IMG/VR virus record: IMGVR_UViG_3300034010_000168
Coordinates: 1-39,749 of that record
Length of the DNA: 39,749 nucleotides
Reading direction: 5' to 3' (one strand)
From: a virus
In this document: positions 28,723 to 38,542 of the stretch, one piece after another
Numbering within the stretch: the stretch's first letter is position 1
Layout: every line of letters begins with the position of its first letter
Notes under the pieces: model-generated
What the model saw: the letters and a program-made list of their open reading frames with translations, nothing else
Told to the model about the DNA's origin: nothing
Databases searched by the model: none
Position numbers and translations under genes: made by a program

Positions 28723-30987
28723 CTATCTTGGACCAACACACTTTATTTCAAAACTTGCATCAGCCCTTGCAAAAGACCCCTGCGTTGTGCCGAAACCAAA
28801 TTGCGTTGGACTATTTAAGGCGTCTCGAAAACAGATTGCGCCAACAGCACCGCCAGCATTGCAAACACAAGTTGGAAACGCCGCGAATGCAGTTGAAAAA
28901 TTTGCAACATATTGTCCAGCCGCAGTTCTTGTGATTGACGAAATGCCCGAGGACCTGTCCATTGAGCATGGCGAGGCCGAGCAGTTTAAGTTTACAGTTG
29001 CACTGACAACGCGTTCTGTTGTCGATGGTGTGCCAGGCAAAAGGCCGCCGACAAGAACAGGCATTGGCACAGCTTGGGTCAGTGGTGTGATTTCCCATTT
29101 GATGTCTCGTTGGCCGATATTTGGCAAAGCATCAGCAATTGCAGTTGAATTGGAAATTGACCCCGATTCAATGTTTTGCTCATAGAAAACCCTTAGTGTT
29201 TTTTGCCCTGCCGAGGCAAAACTAAATGTTCCACACACTCTGAATGGCGTTGTTTGTGCGCCTGCAATTGTTGCCGTGTTGAAATATCTTGACAGCTTCC
29301 CTTTGCCTTCTTGCAAAATTGTCTGCGCATTGTTTGGCGTTTCGACAATTTGAAAAATCTGTTCGGCTGCACTGCTTGTTGGCAAGCTCAAAAATGCATT
29401 CATTGTTGCACACGCCAACACGTCACCGCTTGTTGGTTGCAGCCAAGAAACCGAAACGCTTTCATCTGCCGCTGTGCAAGTCGTGCCAGTAGGTGCAGTC
29501 GTGCCAGCGCAACCAATCTGCGCAGGAATGACCCCAATCCCTGGATTGTTTGTCAGAGTTAAAGATGGGTGCGTCATCCCAGTATATGATGAAACTGACG
29601 CAGTTCCTAAGTTTGGATTGCCGCCTGCAATATTCGCATCAACTCGCCAAGCAACTTGATCAGGTCTGAACGCTTGTTCTGATGACAATGGGAAACGGTA
29701 AACTAGAATTTCCAGGTCAGCCGTGTCGCCGCCAGCAAACAACTGTGCAGTCGCCCCAGTGAATGTTTGAGCTTGAATTTGAAATGTCACATTCGAAAGT
29801 GTTGAATTGATTGTGATTGGCCTTGGTGCCATATTCTGAGCAACAATGTTTGCTGCATCAGTATAGTTCACAACGCTTGAAGAGTGATTTGTCCCATCAC
29901 TAATTCTGTAATAAGTGTAGCGGCCTAAGCCAGCAACGGAACTGTTTGAAGTATTTGCAGTTATAACAAAAACATAATTTCCAGGCGCAAGACTGCTGAA
30001 CGTGATTCCAGGGATTCTTGTAGCAGGTGCCGAGGCAGACCCTGTGACCGTTGGTGCAGAACAATCAGTGTCGGCAGGAAAATTTGAAAAAGAACCTGGC
30101 GAAGCGACATTCCAAATACAGTTCAAGGCTGGCGTGTACTTAATTCCCCCGACAAAAGTCGCCTGACTCACTTGTGACAAGTTGTCAGCTTCACCCAAGG
30201 TCACTTGATCAAGCGCAACCAGTGTCGCGTCTGCCGTTGAACGAACGCGCCATTTGATTGAACCAGATGTCGGGCAAGGGAAATTTAGAGTCAAAGGTCT
30301 GACAGATGCAAAAGCAGAAAACACTTGTTGTGCAAGCTGCACGTTTGAACCGTCTGTTGCCTCGAAAATCAGGTTTGCATCTGCGCCCTTATAATGAACG
30401 CGAGCCAAACAATTGCGACCCCTTAAGATTTCAGGGATTGTGATTGCTTGAGTTTCAAAAACTTGTGCCGCTGCCGATGCGTCGAAGGTCACAGACTGCA
30501 ATCCAAACAAAAGGTTTGAACCTGTGGTCACAACCGCGACAACACCGCCAGTGTTTGTGAACCCTAGTGTGCCGTCCTCAAAGCCTGAATTTTCAATGAG
30601 GTTGATTCCTGCGCCCGACCCAGAACCTGAACCGATAGCCTTGAAATTTGTGCCGTCATTTGTGAACTCAATCTTTGCCGCTGTATTGTTCCAACGAATT
30701 GCAGGGGCAGGACTTGCCCCAGTGTTGAACTCAAGGGATTGATTCGCCGCTGTGCCTGTTCCAAGCTGCATTCTGTTCGTGCGCACGCGCAGGTTGTCTT
30801 GTCCTGGCGTCGTCGAAATCTGTGGGTTTGAAACCGAGTTGTTGTCAAACTCTAGGACCTTGTCACCTGAACTGACCTTGCGGCCAATCTTGGTGCGGTC
30901 TGTGTTCAAAACAGTGTCTGCGGCCAATGCCGTCACTGTCGTCAACAAAATGCCAAGAAAAATTTTGTTCCTCAAAAATGCTTTCAT
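28723..30987 (-). CDS. 754-aa fibre/adhesin-like protein with an N-terminal Sec-type signal peptide, a CBM-like domain and a C-terminal H-type-lectin-like domain
   Basis: N-terminus 'MKAFLRNKIFLGILLTTVTALA/ADT'. 'NLIENSGFEDGTLGF' looks like the start of a CBM. The C-terminus 'GQYVANFSTAFAAFPTCVCN...FGFGTT...ASFEIKCVGPR' is lectin-like. SD is TAGGGGGACGC. Confidence 0.6.
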   Translation of the reverse strand: MKAFLRNKIFLGILLTTVTALAADTVLNTDRTKIGRKVSSGDKVLEFDNNSVSNPQISTTPGQDNLRVRTNRMQLGTGTAANQSLEFNTGASPAPAIRWNNTAAKIEFTNDGTNFKAIGSGSGSGAGINLIENSGFEDGTLGFTNTGGVVAVVTTGSNLLFGLQSVTFDASAAAQVFETQAITIPEILRGRNCLARVHYKGADANLIFEATDGSNVQLAQQVFSAFASVRPLTLNFPCPTSGSIKWRVRSTADATLVALDQVTLGEADNLSQVSQATFVGGIKYTPALNCIWNVASPGSFSNFPADTDCSAPTVTGSASAPATRIPGITFSSLAPGNYVFVITANTSNSSVAGLGRYTYYRISDGTNHSSSVVNYTDAANIVAQNMAPRPITINSTLSNVTFQIQAQTFTGATAQLFAGGDTADLEILVYRFPLSSEQAFRPDQVAWRVDANIAGGNPNLGTASVSSYTGMTHPSLTLTNNPGIGVIPAQIGCAGTTAPTGTTCTAADESVSVSWLQPTSGDVLACATMNAFLSLPTSSAAEQIFQIVETPNNAQTILQEGKGKLSRYFNTATIAGAQTTPFRVCGTFSFASAGQKTLRVFYEQNIESGSISNSTAIADALPNIGQRDIKWEITPLTQAVPMPVLVGGLLPGTPSTTERVVSATVNLNCSASPCSMDRSSGISSITRTAAGQYVANFSTAFAAFPTCVCNAGGAVGAICFRDALNSPTQFGFGTTQGSFARADASFEIKCVGPR

Positions 30988-30995
30988 GCGTCCCC

Positions 30996-31601
30996 CTATT
31001 CTGTCACCGTTCCAAGAATTGATGACGTGTTTGCCAAGTCGTCAATTTCCAGAACGCAGTTGTTGAATCTTGTGTCTCTGATTTGCGTGTAGTCCGAACC
31101 TGCATCAATGACAATTGCCTTGTCGCCAGCGGTCGAAAAATTCACAAATCTGCCGTCCAAAACTTTCACCCCATCAGCCGAAATTTGCAAGCCTGTGGTT
31201 GCAACCCCTCTGATGATTGAAACGCCTGGCGCAAACTCAATGCGGCAGTTGTTCTTTGTGATTTGTTGTGTCGAAGTCAGGGTCAAATCTGAAATGACCA
31301 AGATTCGCGCACCTTGTGGGACGCCAGAATCTGCCATTGCAGCATTCAGCGTGGCATGAGTTGCCAAAGGTCCAGTTCCCACGATTGCAGAATAGATTTG
31401 ATTAAACTGGTCGAGTGAATCAGAAACCGTGTCAATGTATTCAATCCATTCTGACAAGTTCTGAAACAGCCAATTCATATATTCGCGTGGCGGTCGTTCA
31501 TCAACGGCCCATCCTGCCGCTTTTTTTCCTGATGTTGGTTCAAGAACCTGCGGCCCTGTGACCCCAAGCATCCAGTCTGGTTTGATTGTTGGTTTACTCA
31601 T
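30996..31601 (-). CDS. Tail fibre / baseplate-attached fibre protein (201 aa)
   Basis: 'EPTSGKKAAGWAVDERPPREYMNWLFQNLSEWIEYI' is the conserved phage fibre N-terminal motif. The C-terminal half is beta-helix-like. Confidence 0.65.
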   Translation of the reverse strand: MSKPTIKPDWMLGVTGPQVLEPTSGKKAAGWAVDERPPREYMNWLFQNLSEWIEYIDTVSDSLDQFNQIYSAIVGTGPLATHATLNAAMADSGVPQGARILVISDLTLTSTQQITKNNCRIEFAPGVSIIRGVATTGLQISADGVKVLDGRFVNFSTAGDKAIVIDAGSDYTQIRDTRFNNCVLEIDDLANTSSILGTVTE

Positions 31602-31613
31602 CTTCGCGCCCCC

Positions 31614-32297
31614 TTATAAGCTTGTAAATAAGCCGCCCACGATTGGGTCAAACACTGTTCCAAAACCTGAATTGTCAGGATTGAACCCATCAAAAGCAAA
31701 CTTTTTGTCATTTTGTCGTTTCACTGTTGCGAATTTGCCGCCAGCCAATGGGTCAAGTGTGTCACCAAACCCCCGACCAGGCAAAGACCCTGCGAATGCG
31801 AACGGTTCGGTTGCATCAAACGACCCAATGCCGTCGATTCGAACCCCTGCCGCAATCACCTTTTTCATTTCCCTGTGCAAAACATTGATTTGTTCTTGCG
31901 TGAATTGCAAGTTTGCCATCAACGAAAGTTCTGCATAGGCCCCATCATTCAGAATCACAAGGGTTGCCCCTGTCAAAGTCCTGAAAGTTTGGATGACCGA
32001 TTCTGGTTCACCCTCTGAAATGTTCTGACCTATCTTGACTTTCAGTGCCTGCCGATAGTCCGCGTCTGATTGACCAGGAACTCTTGAAAGCCCCACAATC
32101 ACGCCGATTCGATCAAGCTGAACACCTGCCGAAACGTCCAAAGTCCTGTCAGTTGCAAGCAAAGCAAAGACATTTTCAAGGTTTTGAATCTCATTGACCA
32201 CAGCCTCAATGACCCAGCCGACTCGCTGTTTTTCCCTGTATTGGGTCAACAGTCTGTCCTTTGCTTTTTCAATGTGGTCGTTGATTGTTGGAATCAT
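31614..32297 (-). CDS. Baseplate wedge / tail protein, DUF2612 (gpI-like)
   Basis: 'LLTQYREKQRV...LDVSAGVQLDRIGVIVGLSR...DADYRQALKVKIGQNISEG' fits the DUF2612 pattern. ATGA coupling to the baseplate J gene. Confidence 0.7.
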   Translation of the reverse strand: MIPTINDHIEKAKDRLLTQYREKQRVGWVIEAVVNEIQNLENVFALLATDRTLDVSAGVQLDRIGVIVGLSRVPGQSDADYRQALKVKIGQNISEGEPESVIQTFRTLTGATLVILNDGAYAELSLMANLQFTQEQINVLHREMKKVIAAGVRIDGIGSFDATEPFAFAGSLPGRGFGDTLDPLAGGKFATVKRQNDKKFAFDGFNPDNSGFGTVFDPIVGGLFTSL

Positions 32298-33754
32298 GGA
32301 CTTGTCACCGTCACTTTGAGGTTGTCGGTCACTGGTATTTCGTTCGCCAAAATGATCACGTTGTCATCAGTCGTTGGACTTGGCAACTTGCCGATGCGAA
32401 TGACCACATCAAGAATGCCAGGAACGCCAGCGAAAACCGAAATCAATTGTGGATAAGTGATGATGTCGCCGCCAATGCCTCGGGTGTTGATGAAATTCAC
32501 GATGGCATCACGGACAACATCGTCGCCAGTCGCAGGATATAACAAAGAATCAACCGTCAAAGTCACATCACAATAGATTGATACGTTTGTCGGTCTTGAA
32601 AATTTCACGGTTTGCGAAACACCCATTGAGTCCAGGACTGAACCAGTCTCAAAGCCGAATGTTTCAATGCCTGCGGGTTTTGATGCCCACAAAGTGTCGA
32701 AAATGTCTTGGTCATCACCGCCAGCAACGACCGATTCAAATGATTTTGGCGGTCTGCCGTTGACATCAACAACCGTTGAAATGTTTTCGAAAATCAAAGC
32801 ATCTGTGACGCCCTCAACATTCAAAAGCCTTGCGCGAATCGCATCGGGTGTGGCGGCCCCTGCAACCTGCAAGGTGTTTGCCCTGCGTGCGCGAAGTTCC
32901 AAATCTGTTTCGACGTTCCTGCCGACGATTGCTGCCTCAATGTTCTTGACCGAATCGAGTCCAAAAACTGGCGTGTTGATCACGGTCAGTGTTCCATATA
33001 GTGCCTGCGTTGGTCCAAACTCAATCGCGGTCACATCAACCTGACCCTGCGAAACGCCCTCAACAGTTGAAACCAATGTGGTTAAAACCCCTGTGGTGTT
33101 GTTCGAAACCACAATCAAAGGCTGCGGTTGTTTGCCGTCTGCCCCTGCAAAAGTGATTGTGAACCCAGGTCCCATGCTGCCAGTGACAACAACGCCCGAC
33201 AAACTTGGCAACGCATTCAACGCCGCTTGAATTTGTGGTGCAGTTGCATCAAAATTCAGCAAACTTGAAAGTTCGCCCCTGTATGAAAGCCGAAATGAAC
33301 CCGACAATGGCAGGGTTGCGAAGGTCAAAAGCTGAACCTCATCAACGCCAGCAACCAAAGTTCTGTCAGAATCTGTCACGAACCTTGCCTGTGTGTTGCC
33401 TGCAACAGCGAGTTCAGTCCCTTGCGGCACCAAAGTCCCAGCGGTTCCAAACAAACACACGTTTTGAATTTTTGATTTTGTGGCTGGCTGCCTGACAATC
33501 CCTGTGATGGCTGCGACGTTGTCCAATGACACGCCCTCGGCGGTGTCTGGATATTGTGAGTTGTAAACGTCCTCGGAAAGTTCCCAGATTTCAGCCTCGC
33601 GGTCAGCAAAAACGCCGACCAAGTTCCCGAAAACTGACTGCGGCAAAAGGTTGATGAAATTTCCAAACCGCTGCCTAAGAGCGTCCTCAATTTCACCCTT
33701 GATGTCTGACAGACGTTTCCTTGTGAAACCGTCCGAGTTCAAACCAAATGCCAT
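32294..33754 (-). CDS. Baseplate J-like wedge protein with an inserted domain of about 100 aa
   Basis: 486 aa. It lies between the W-like and DUF2612 genes, and its N- and C-terminal parts are J-like. The insertion spans about aa 138-235. Confidence 0.7.
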   Translation of the reverse strand: MAFGLNSDGFTRKRLSDIKGEIEDALRQRFGNFINLLPQSVFGNLVGVFADREAEIWELSEDVYNSQYPDTAEGVSLDNVAAITGIVRQPATKSKIQNVCLFGTAGTLVPQGTELAVAGNTQARFVTDSDRTLVAGVDEVQLLTFATLPLSGSFRLSYRGELSSLLNFDATAPQIQAALNALPSLSGVVVTGSMGPGFTITFAGADGKQPQPLIVVSNNTTGVLTTLVSTVEGVSQGQVDVTAIEFGPTQALYGTLTVINTPVFGLDSVKNIEAAIVGRNVETDLELRARRANTLQVAGAATPDAIRARLLNVEGVTDALIFENISTVVDVNGRPPKSFESVVAGGDDQDIFDTLWASKPAGIETFGFETGSVLDSMGVSQTVKFSRPTNVSIYCDVTLTVDSLLYPATGDDVVRDAIVNFINTRGIGGDIITYPQLISVFAGVPGILDVVIRIGKLPSPTTDDNVIILANEIPVTDNLKVTVTSP

Positions 33755-33763
33755 CGCGTCCCC

Positions 33764-34123
33764 CTAACCAAATGCTTCGCTGAAATCTATCACGCCTGTG
33801 CGCGTGCGAATAGAACAATCAACCTTGAGTTTCCTTGTTCCTGACTCAAAGTCTAGTTCAAAAGTCAGCAACTCGACAACCCCAGGTGTGTCCAAAATAG
33901 TTTGTTTCAAAACACCATCGACAACTTGAATGTTTGGGTTCTTTTTTAATATGTCCTGGAAATAAGGAACACCCACAGACAAATCAAGAAACCATTCCCC
34001 CAAAAATGTGCGCAATCTTTGAACAATCAACTGCCTGATTGCGTCATCTGATTGGGTCAACACAAGATCACCGTTCACAAGGTCCAAGTCATAAGTCTGT
34101 TCATTCAATCTTAAGTCGCCCAC
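33764..34123 (-). CDS. Baseplate wedge protein, gpW/gp25-like (DUF2634-type)
   Basis: 'DLDLVNGDLVL..SDDAIRQLIVQRLRTFLGEWFLDLSVGVPY' is typical of the family. GTG start behind TAGGGGGAAAC. Confidence 0.7.
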   Translation of the reverse strand: MGDLRLNEQTYDLDLVNGDLVLTQSDDAIRQLIVQRLRTFLGEWFLDLSVGVPYFQDILKKNPNIQVVDGVLKQTILDTPGVVELLTFELDFESGTRKLKVDCSIRTRTGVIDFSEAFG

Positions 34124-34131
34124 GTTTCCCC

Positions 34132-34422
34132 CTAGATGATTTTTCCAAGTCCAAGCACTGTGCCAGGTGCAAGCACCGCCCCTGTTCCTGTTGCTGGCGA
34201 AACCTGAACAGGTGCCGCCGCCACGTTCATGGGTGTTGTTCCTGTTGGACTCACATCAGCGTTCGCCACAATGTGCGCAACGATTTCATTCGCAATGATT
34301 TGCCATTTTGCCAATGCCTCGGCGTCTTGTTCTGGCGTATATGTCGCGCCAGTGTCTGCCTTGATTGCATTCCAGATGGCCGAACCTAGTGCGTTCCCAG
34401 TCCCAGTCAGTGCCATGTTCAC
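34132..34422 (-). CDS. Hypothetical baseplate-associated protein (about 94-96 aa)
   Basis: ORF between the spike and W-like genes. The likely start is the ATG at 34416, 6 nt after AAGGGG; the track uses a GTG at 34422. Confidence 0.6.
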   Translation of the reverse strand: MNMALTGTGNALGSAIWNAIKADTGATYTPEQDAEALAKWQIIANEIVAHIVANADVSPTGTTPMNVAAAPVQVSPATGTGAVLAPGTVLGLGKII

Positions 34423-35051
34423 CCCTTCATTTGGTCAAGCAATGTTTTCAGTTGCGCAAACTGCGCAGCATTCAACAAAGGCCCGACCGCAGTCTGTGCC
34501 TGCACCAATTGTTCAAGTGTCTTTGAAAAAAGGTCAATCAGTTCTAGTTGCGCGTTGCCATTGACACCAATCTTGAATTTGCCGTCATCCGAAAGCTGAA
34601 TCAAAGCATCACCAAACTGGACGTTCATCTTACTTGGGTCTGCAACCTCAAAGGCACCGCTTTGAGGCCATGGTCCAGGAATGCAAAGCGCATCTGAAAG
34701 GCTATGTTTTCGGGTGTCGGCAGGGTCAACGACGCCGCCATTCTGTGCCCATCTGTCAATGGACCGTTCTGAAAAAATCAAAAGAACTGAATCACCTTTT
34801 TGCAAAGGGAAATAAACGATTGCGTTCGAACTGCGTGGGAATACCACAGGAACATTGGGAATCACTGGCAATGCCTCGACCCTTGTCCCTTGGCTTGTCA
34901 CAAATTTACGTTTCAAAGCTGGCTGCACGTCTGCCATTTGTGTGCTTGGGTTGAATGACACAACCTCGCCAGGCATAGCCGAATGAAGGTCAACCAACCT
35001 TGTTTCAATCGCTGACTTGATGACCTCTGAGAGTGTGGGTGTTGCCGTCAT
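34419..35051 (-). CDS. Baseplate central spike protein (Gp138-N / gpV-gp45-like OB fold)
   Basis: 'HSAMPGEVVSFNPSTQMADVQPALKRKF...LPVIPNVPVVFPRS...PLQKGDSVLLIFSERSIDRW...HSLSDALCIPG' matches the family pattern. ATGA coupling. Confidence 0.8.
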   Translation of the reverse strand: MTATPTLSEVIKSAIETRLVDLHSAMPGEVVSFNPSTQMADVQPALKRKFVTSQGTRVEALPVIPNVPVVFPRSSNAIVYFPLQKGDSVLLIFSERSIDRWAQNGGVVDPADTRKHSLSDALCIPGPWPQSGAFEVADPSKMNVQFGDALIQLSDDGKFKIGVNGNAQLELIDLFSKTLEQLVQAQTAVGPLLNAAQFAQLKTLLDQMKG

Positions 35052-35851
35052 TTGATTTCTGCCTCAATGATTGTGAACCAGTCGCCAGTGAATGAGTCGC
35101 CCCGATGCTTGACCCTTTGAGGAACAAGCACACCGCGCACGAAATTTGACTGCAACAACACTGGTCTGTCAGGTTTGATTTTGGGGTTCAGCAATGAAGT
35201 GACCTCAATGCCATTGTCCTTTTTTTTCGGGGAACCGATGAGGCCTGTTGATGAACTCAACAAAACAGCTTCCTCGCCAGTCCCCTCGCCTGGTTTCAGA
35301 ATCTGAATGGCCCCATCTTGAATTGACCAAATCAGCCCCTGTTTTGATGTCAGTTCGTCAAGCTTGTCTTTGCTTGAACCCGAAAGGGTCAAGCCGTTGG
35401 CAAAGGTTTCGTTCTGAACCCCTTGTTGCACCTTTACAGGCAAGCCAAATGACTGCGAAACAAAATTCAAAGCGGTTTGGAAATTCACCCCTGGCGCAAA
35501 ACTTTTGTTCACTGTTGAATCATTATATGCAGCCTCGCCGTCGCCAGCCTCGAACTCTGTGATGATGTCCGCGCCCTCGCGTCTGGACATTGCACGCCCG
35601 ACATCACCCTGAAAAATGGTTTCGTTCCTGCCGCCATAGCCTGCCTGCAAAATCACCTGCATTTTTTCTTTTTCGGCCAATGCCCTTGAATCTTTTGTCA
35701 GGTTATAGATTGCCATTTTGCATTTGTTTGGTTCACTCGTTGAGGTTCGTTCGATGTCGAACACCACGCGCAAATCAGTGAAGCGTTTGCCGTACTGACC
35801 AGCAACCCCAAACTGAAATGAAACTGTTCGTTCAAACAAAAATTCACTCAT
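35048..35851 (-). CDS. Baseplate hub protein (gpD/XkdQ-like position)
   Basis: 267 aa. 'LRVVFDIERTSTSEPNKCKMAIYNLTKDS' is common in hub proteins. It lies between the tape measure-proximal genes and the spike gene. Confidence 0.5.
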   Translation of the reverse strand: MSEFLFERTVSFQFGVAGQYGKRFTDLRVVFDIERTSTSEPNKCKMAIYNLTKDSRALAEKEKMQVILQAGYGGRNETIFQGDVGRAMSRREGADIITEFEAGDGEAAYNDSTVNKSFAPGVNFQTALNFVSQSFGLPVKVQQGVQNETFANGLTLSGSSKDKLDELTSKQGLIWSIQDGAIQILKPGEGTGEEAVLLSSSTGLIGSPKKKDNGIEVTSLLNPKIKPDRPVLLQSNFVRGVLVPQRVKHRGDSFTGDWFTIIEAEIK

Positions 35852-36176
35852 CGACTGTCGTGCTTTCTCGATACATCAAAATGTGTCTCGACCCGAGTTC
35901 ATCAACGCCAGGGTCCTTGCCCTCGTTTGCTGAATCAATCACAAACATTGTTCCCAAAGGCAAGCGCGTGTCCTTGAGTCGTTCCAAGATCGGCCAACCT
36001 GTCAAAAGCTTGACGCCTGAAACGATGACCGCCTGTGATTGGTCCTTAATTGTCATGAACCATTTGCCAATTCTGGCATTCCAGTTGAATGAAAAAAAGA
36101 AAACTCGCCCCTCAAGTTCGATTTCGAACTCATAGGCTGGCAAGTCCGCACGCACTGGCAATTTCACATAAGCCAT
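35844..36176 (-). CDS. Hypothetical tail/baseplate protein (110 aa)
   Basis: ORF whose ATG follows GGGGGTTAA, which includes the upstream stop. Confidence 0.6.
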   Translation of the reverse strand: MAYVKLPVRADLPAYEFEIELEGRVFFFSFNWNARIGKWFMTIKDQSQAVIVSGVKLLTGWPILERLKDTRLPLGTMFVIDSANEGKDPGVDELGSRHILMYRESTTVDE

Positions 36177-36923
36177 TTAACCCCCAATGACGCCAAATTT
36201 TTGCAGACCCTGAAACAGCAATGACCCCGATTGTTTTTCTTTTTCTGTTGCTGCCTCGGTTGCCTGTTTTCCAAGGCTTGTTGATGCCGCCCCATGCGCC
36301 TGACCTGTGGCAATGTTTTTGATCAACACAGATTCAGGTTTCACGATGCGAATTTGTTGCGCCTGCAATGAAAAACGCAAGCTGCCCCCATCATTTTGCA
36401 CCCTTGGAAATGTCACGTTTCGAATGACCATGTTGTCAAACTTGCGGCGTTTCGTGACGATTGTGAACAAAGTCTTTTTGCGCCAAATGTCCTCAATTGC
36501 TTTGCGTGCAACATCGGCAGGGTTCAATGCGCGTTCGTTGCCGTCTGCATCTTGGCCCCTGACAGTGTCCCCAAAGATCGAGGCACCCAGAAAACCCCCT
36601 GCAATTCCTGCAAGCTGTGGGTTGAAACCCCCTTGCCTGCCTGCCGCTGCAACTGCACCCGATGTGACAAGGCTTGCTGCCGTCCCTTTCAAGGTGATTG
36701 GTGTTTCTGAAATGACACCGTCAATCTGCAAGGTGATTGGTCGCAAGGCAATGTTGTCGGTCACGTCTGGACCGTCCTCAACAGGGAACGCCGTCACCTC
36801 TGCATCATAGGTCGGGGTTTCTGAAATCGTGGCATCAACCAAAAGCAGGTCAATTTTCCCCTCGGTGTCCATGAACTTGGTTCGAATCGGTGTGTTTCCT
36901 GTCAAAAATGAAAGCAACGCCAT
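36177..36923 (-). CDS. Tail/baseplate protein downstream of the tape measure gene (distal-tail or hub-associated)
   Basis: 248 aa. 'DAEVTAFPVEDGPDVTDNIALRPITLQIDGVIS' is a motif shared by many tail-tip proteins. Its start is coupled to the tape measure stop. Confidence 0.5.
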   Translation of the reverse strand: MALLSFLTGNTPIRTKFMDTEGKIDLLLVDATISETPTYDAEVTAFPVEDGPDVTDNIALRPITLQIDGVISETPITLKGTAASLVTSGAVAAAGRQGGFNPQLAGIAGGFLGASIFGDTVRGQDADGNERALNPADVARKAIEDIWRKKTLFTIVTKRRKFDNMVIRNVTFPRVQNDGGSLRFSLQAQQIRIVKPESVLIKNIATGQAHGAASTSLGKQATEAATEKEKQSGSLLFQGLQKFGVIGG

Positions 36924-38542
36924 TAGTATGCAACCCCCGACTTGAATGTTCTGTTTGATTGTCGCAAGACCGATTCAAGCCCATCGGTGACACCTGTTCG
37001 CGCAGCCCCTGCGATGTCGTTCGGGTTCGCCCCTGGCGGCACGCTGATGTTCAGATTGATGTTGTTCTGGTTGTTCTGGTTTGCTTGCACTGAACCGCTT
37101 TGTGCAGGTGCAGACCCTGGTTCAATTGAACGCAAACCGCCCACAACACCGACTTGATCGGCAGCCCCTGCCGTGAAATCTGCCGTTGCCTGTGCGCCTG
37201 ATTTGAACGCACCCCCCAAAGCCGCAGCAATGGACCCGATTCCTAGTTTTTCAACCAAGAATGAGACCGCTTGACCAAGCTTTTTGAATGCCTCGACCAC
37301 AACGCCAACAATCACCGAACCGATCTTGAACAAGATGCCAAGCAAGCTTGAAAGCAAGTTGAAAAATACTTTGAAAATGGAAACCAGTCCCTCGAAAATG
37401 CTGCCAAAAAACTTGAACGCATTTGGGAACTTGGTCTTGAAAAAATCAAGCAACAAACCAAGCGCAGAGTCTCGACCTTGCGTGAATGCCATGATGTCCT
37501 CTGCAATCAATGCAATGACACCGACAAGCGCAGCAATTGCCAAAGGGATTGCCATGGCTTTCAGGTTCAAAACCCCGAACGCCGTCGCCAAACCATAGAC
37601 CGCAAGTGTGGTCGCACCCAAAACTTTCAAAAACATTGGGTTCATCAGCAAATAGTCTAGACCTTTGTTGAGGTATTCCAGGACATTGCCTGTGCCGCCG
37701 AATGCTTTGGCAAGATTTCCAAAGATTTCGACCGCGCCAACCGCTGCCTTGGTCACAAGATTGACGAACTTGCCAAGAACTTGAAAAACTTTGCCGATGT
37801 TTTGTGCAATGATGTCCCTGTTCTGTGCCATGTAGTCAGCAAAAGCACGCATCAGCTTGGTGATTTCAGGAATCAAAGCATTGCCAAGGATGTTTCGAAC
37901 CCCTGTCAGTGCCGCTTTTGATTCATCAAGTGTGTCGTTGAACTCATCAGCCGCACGCGCCTGCGCTTCACTCAAGACAATCCCATATTTTTCAGCCTTT
38001 GCCCCTGCCTCATCAATGGCCGCAGACCCTTGTTTGAGGAACGGCACCATGCTGGCACCCGAACGACCGAACAATTGCATTGCCAATGCCGCACGTTCTG
38101 GACCCTCTGGCAATGTTTGGAATCTGTCAGCGATTGCACGCAACGCCTGGTCGCCTGACTTGAATGATTTTGGGTCAAGCTTAAGACGTTGGAACGCCTT
38201 GGCCGCATCACCCGAACCCTGTTGTGCCGCAAGCAAGTTCCTTGAAAGGAACCTCATGCCGCCAGCAAATTCGCCGCTTTCGATGTTCGCAAGCTTTGCT
38301 GCAAATTGTAGTTTTTGAAGTGTCTCGACATTGAGGCCAAGCATTTCAGCCGTGTGCAAAGCCTGGTCGCCCGCATCTGCCGTGAATTTTGCGAACCCGA
38401 ACATGGTCCCAGCCGCAGCAACCGCCGCCAGTCCAACCGCGTTCACCTTTGATTGCAACCCAGCCATGTTTTTTTCAAGCTGTTGCAGAGGTTTCATGTC
38501 TACATCGAAACCCCATTTTGTGAACAATTCTTGAACCGTCAT
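36923..38542 (-). CDS. Tail tape measure protein
   Basis: 539 aa, helical and Ala/Gly-rich, with hydrophobic central segments. It lies immediately after the frameshifted chaperone pair. Confidence 0.8.
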   Translation of the reverse strand: MTVQELFTKWGFDVDMKPLQQLEKNMAGLQSKVNAVGLAAVAAAGTMFGFAKFTADAGDQALHTAEMLGLNVETLQKLQFAAKLANIESGEFAGGMRFLSRNLLAAQQGSGDAAKAFQRLKLDPKSFKSGDQALRAIADRFQTLPEGPERAALAMQLFGRSGASMVPFLKQGSAAIDEAGAKAEKYGIVLSEAQARAADEFNDTLDESKAALTGVRNILGNALIPEITKLMRAFADYMAQNRDIIAQNIGKVFQVLGKFVNLVTKAAVGAVEIFGNLAKAFGGTGNVLEYLNKGLDYLLMNPMFLKVLGATTLAVYGLATAFGVLNLKAMAIPLAIAALVGVIALIAEDIMAFTQGRDSALGLLLDFFKTKFPNAFKFFGSIFEGLVSIFKVFFNLLSSLLGILFKIGSVIVGVVVEAFKKLGQAVSFLVEKLGIGSIAAALGGAFKSGAQATADFTAGAADQVGVVGGLRSIEPGSAPAQSGSVQANQNNQNNINLNISVPPGANPNDIAGAARTGVTDGLESVLRQSNRTFKSGVAY

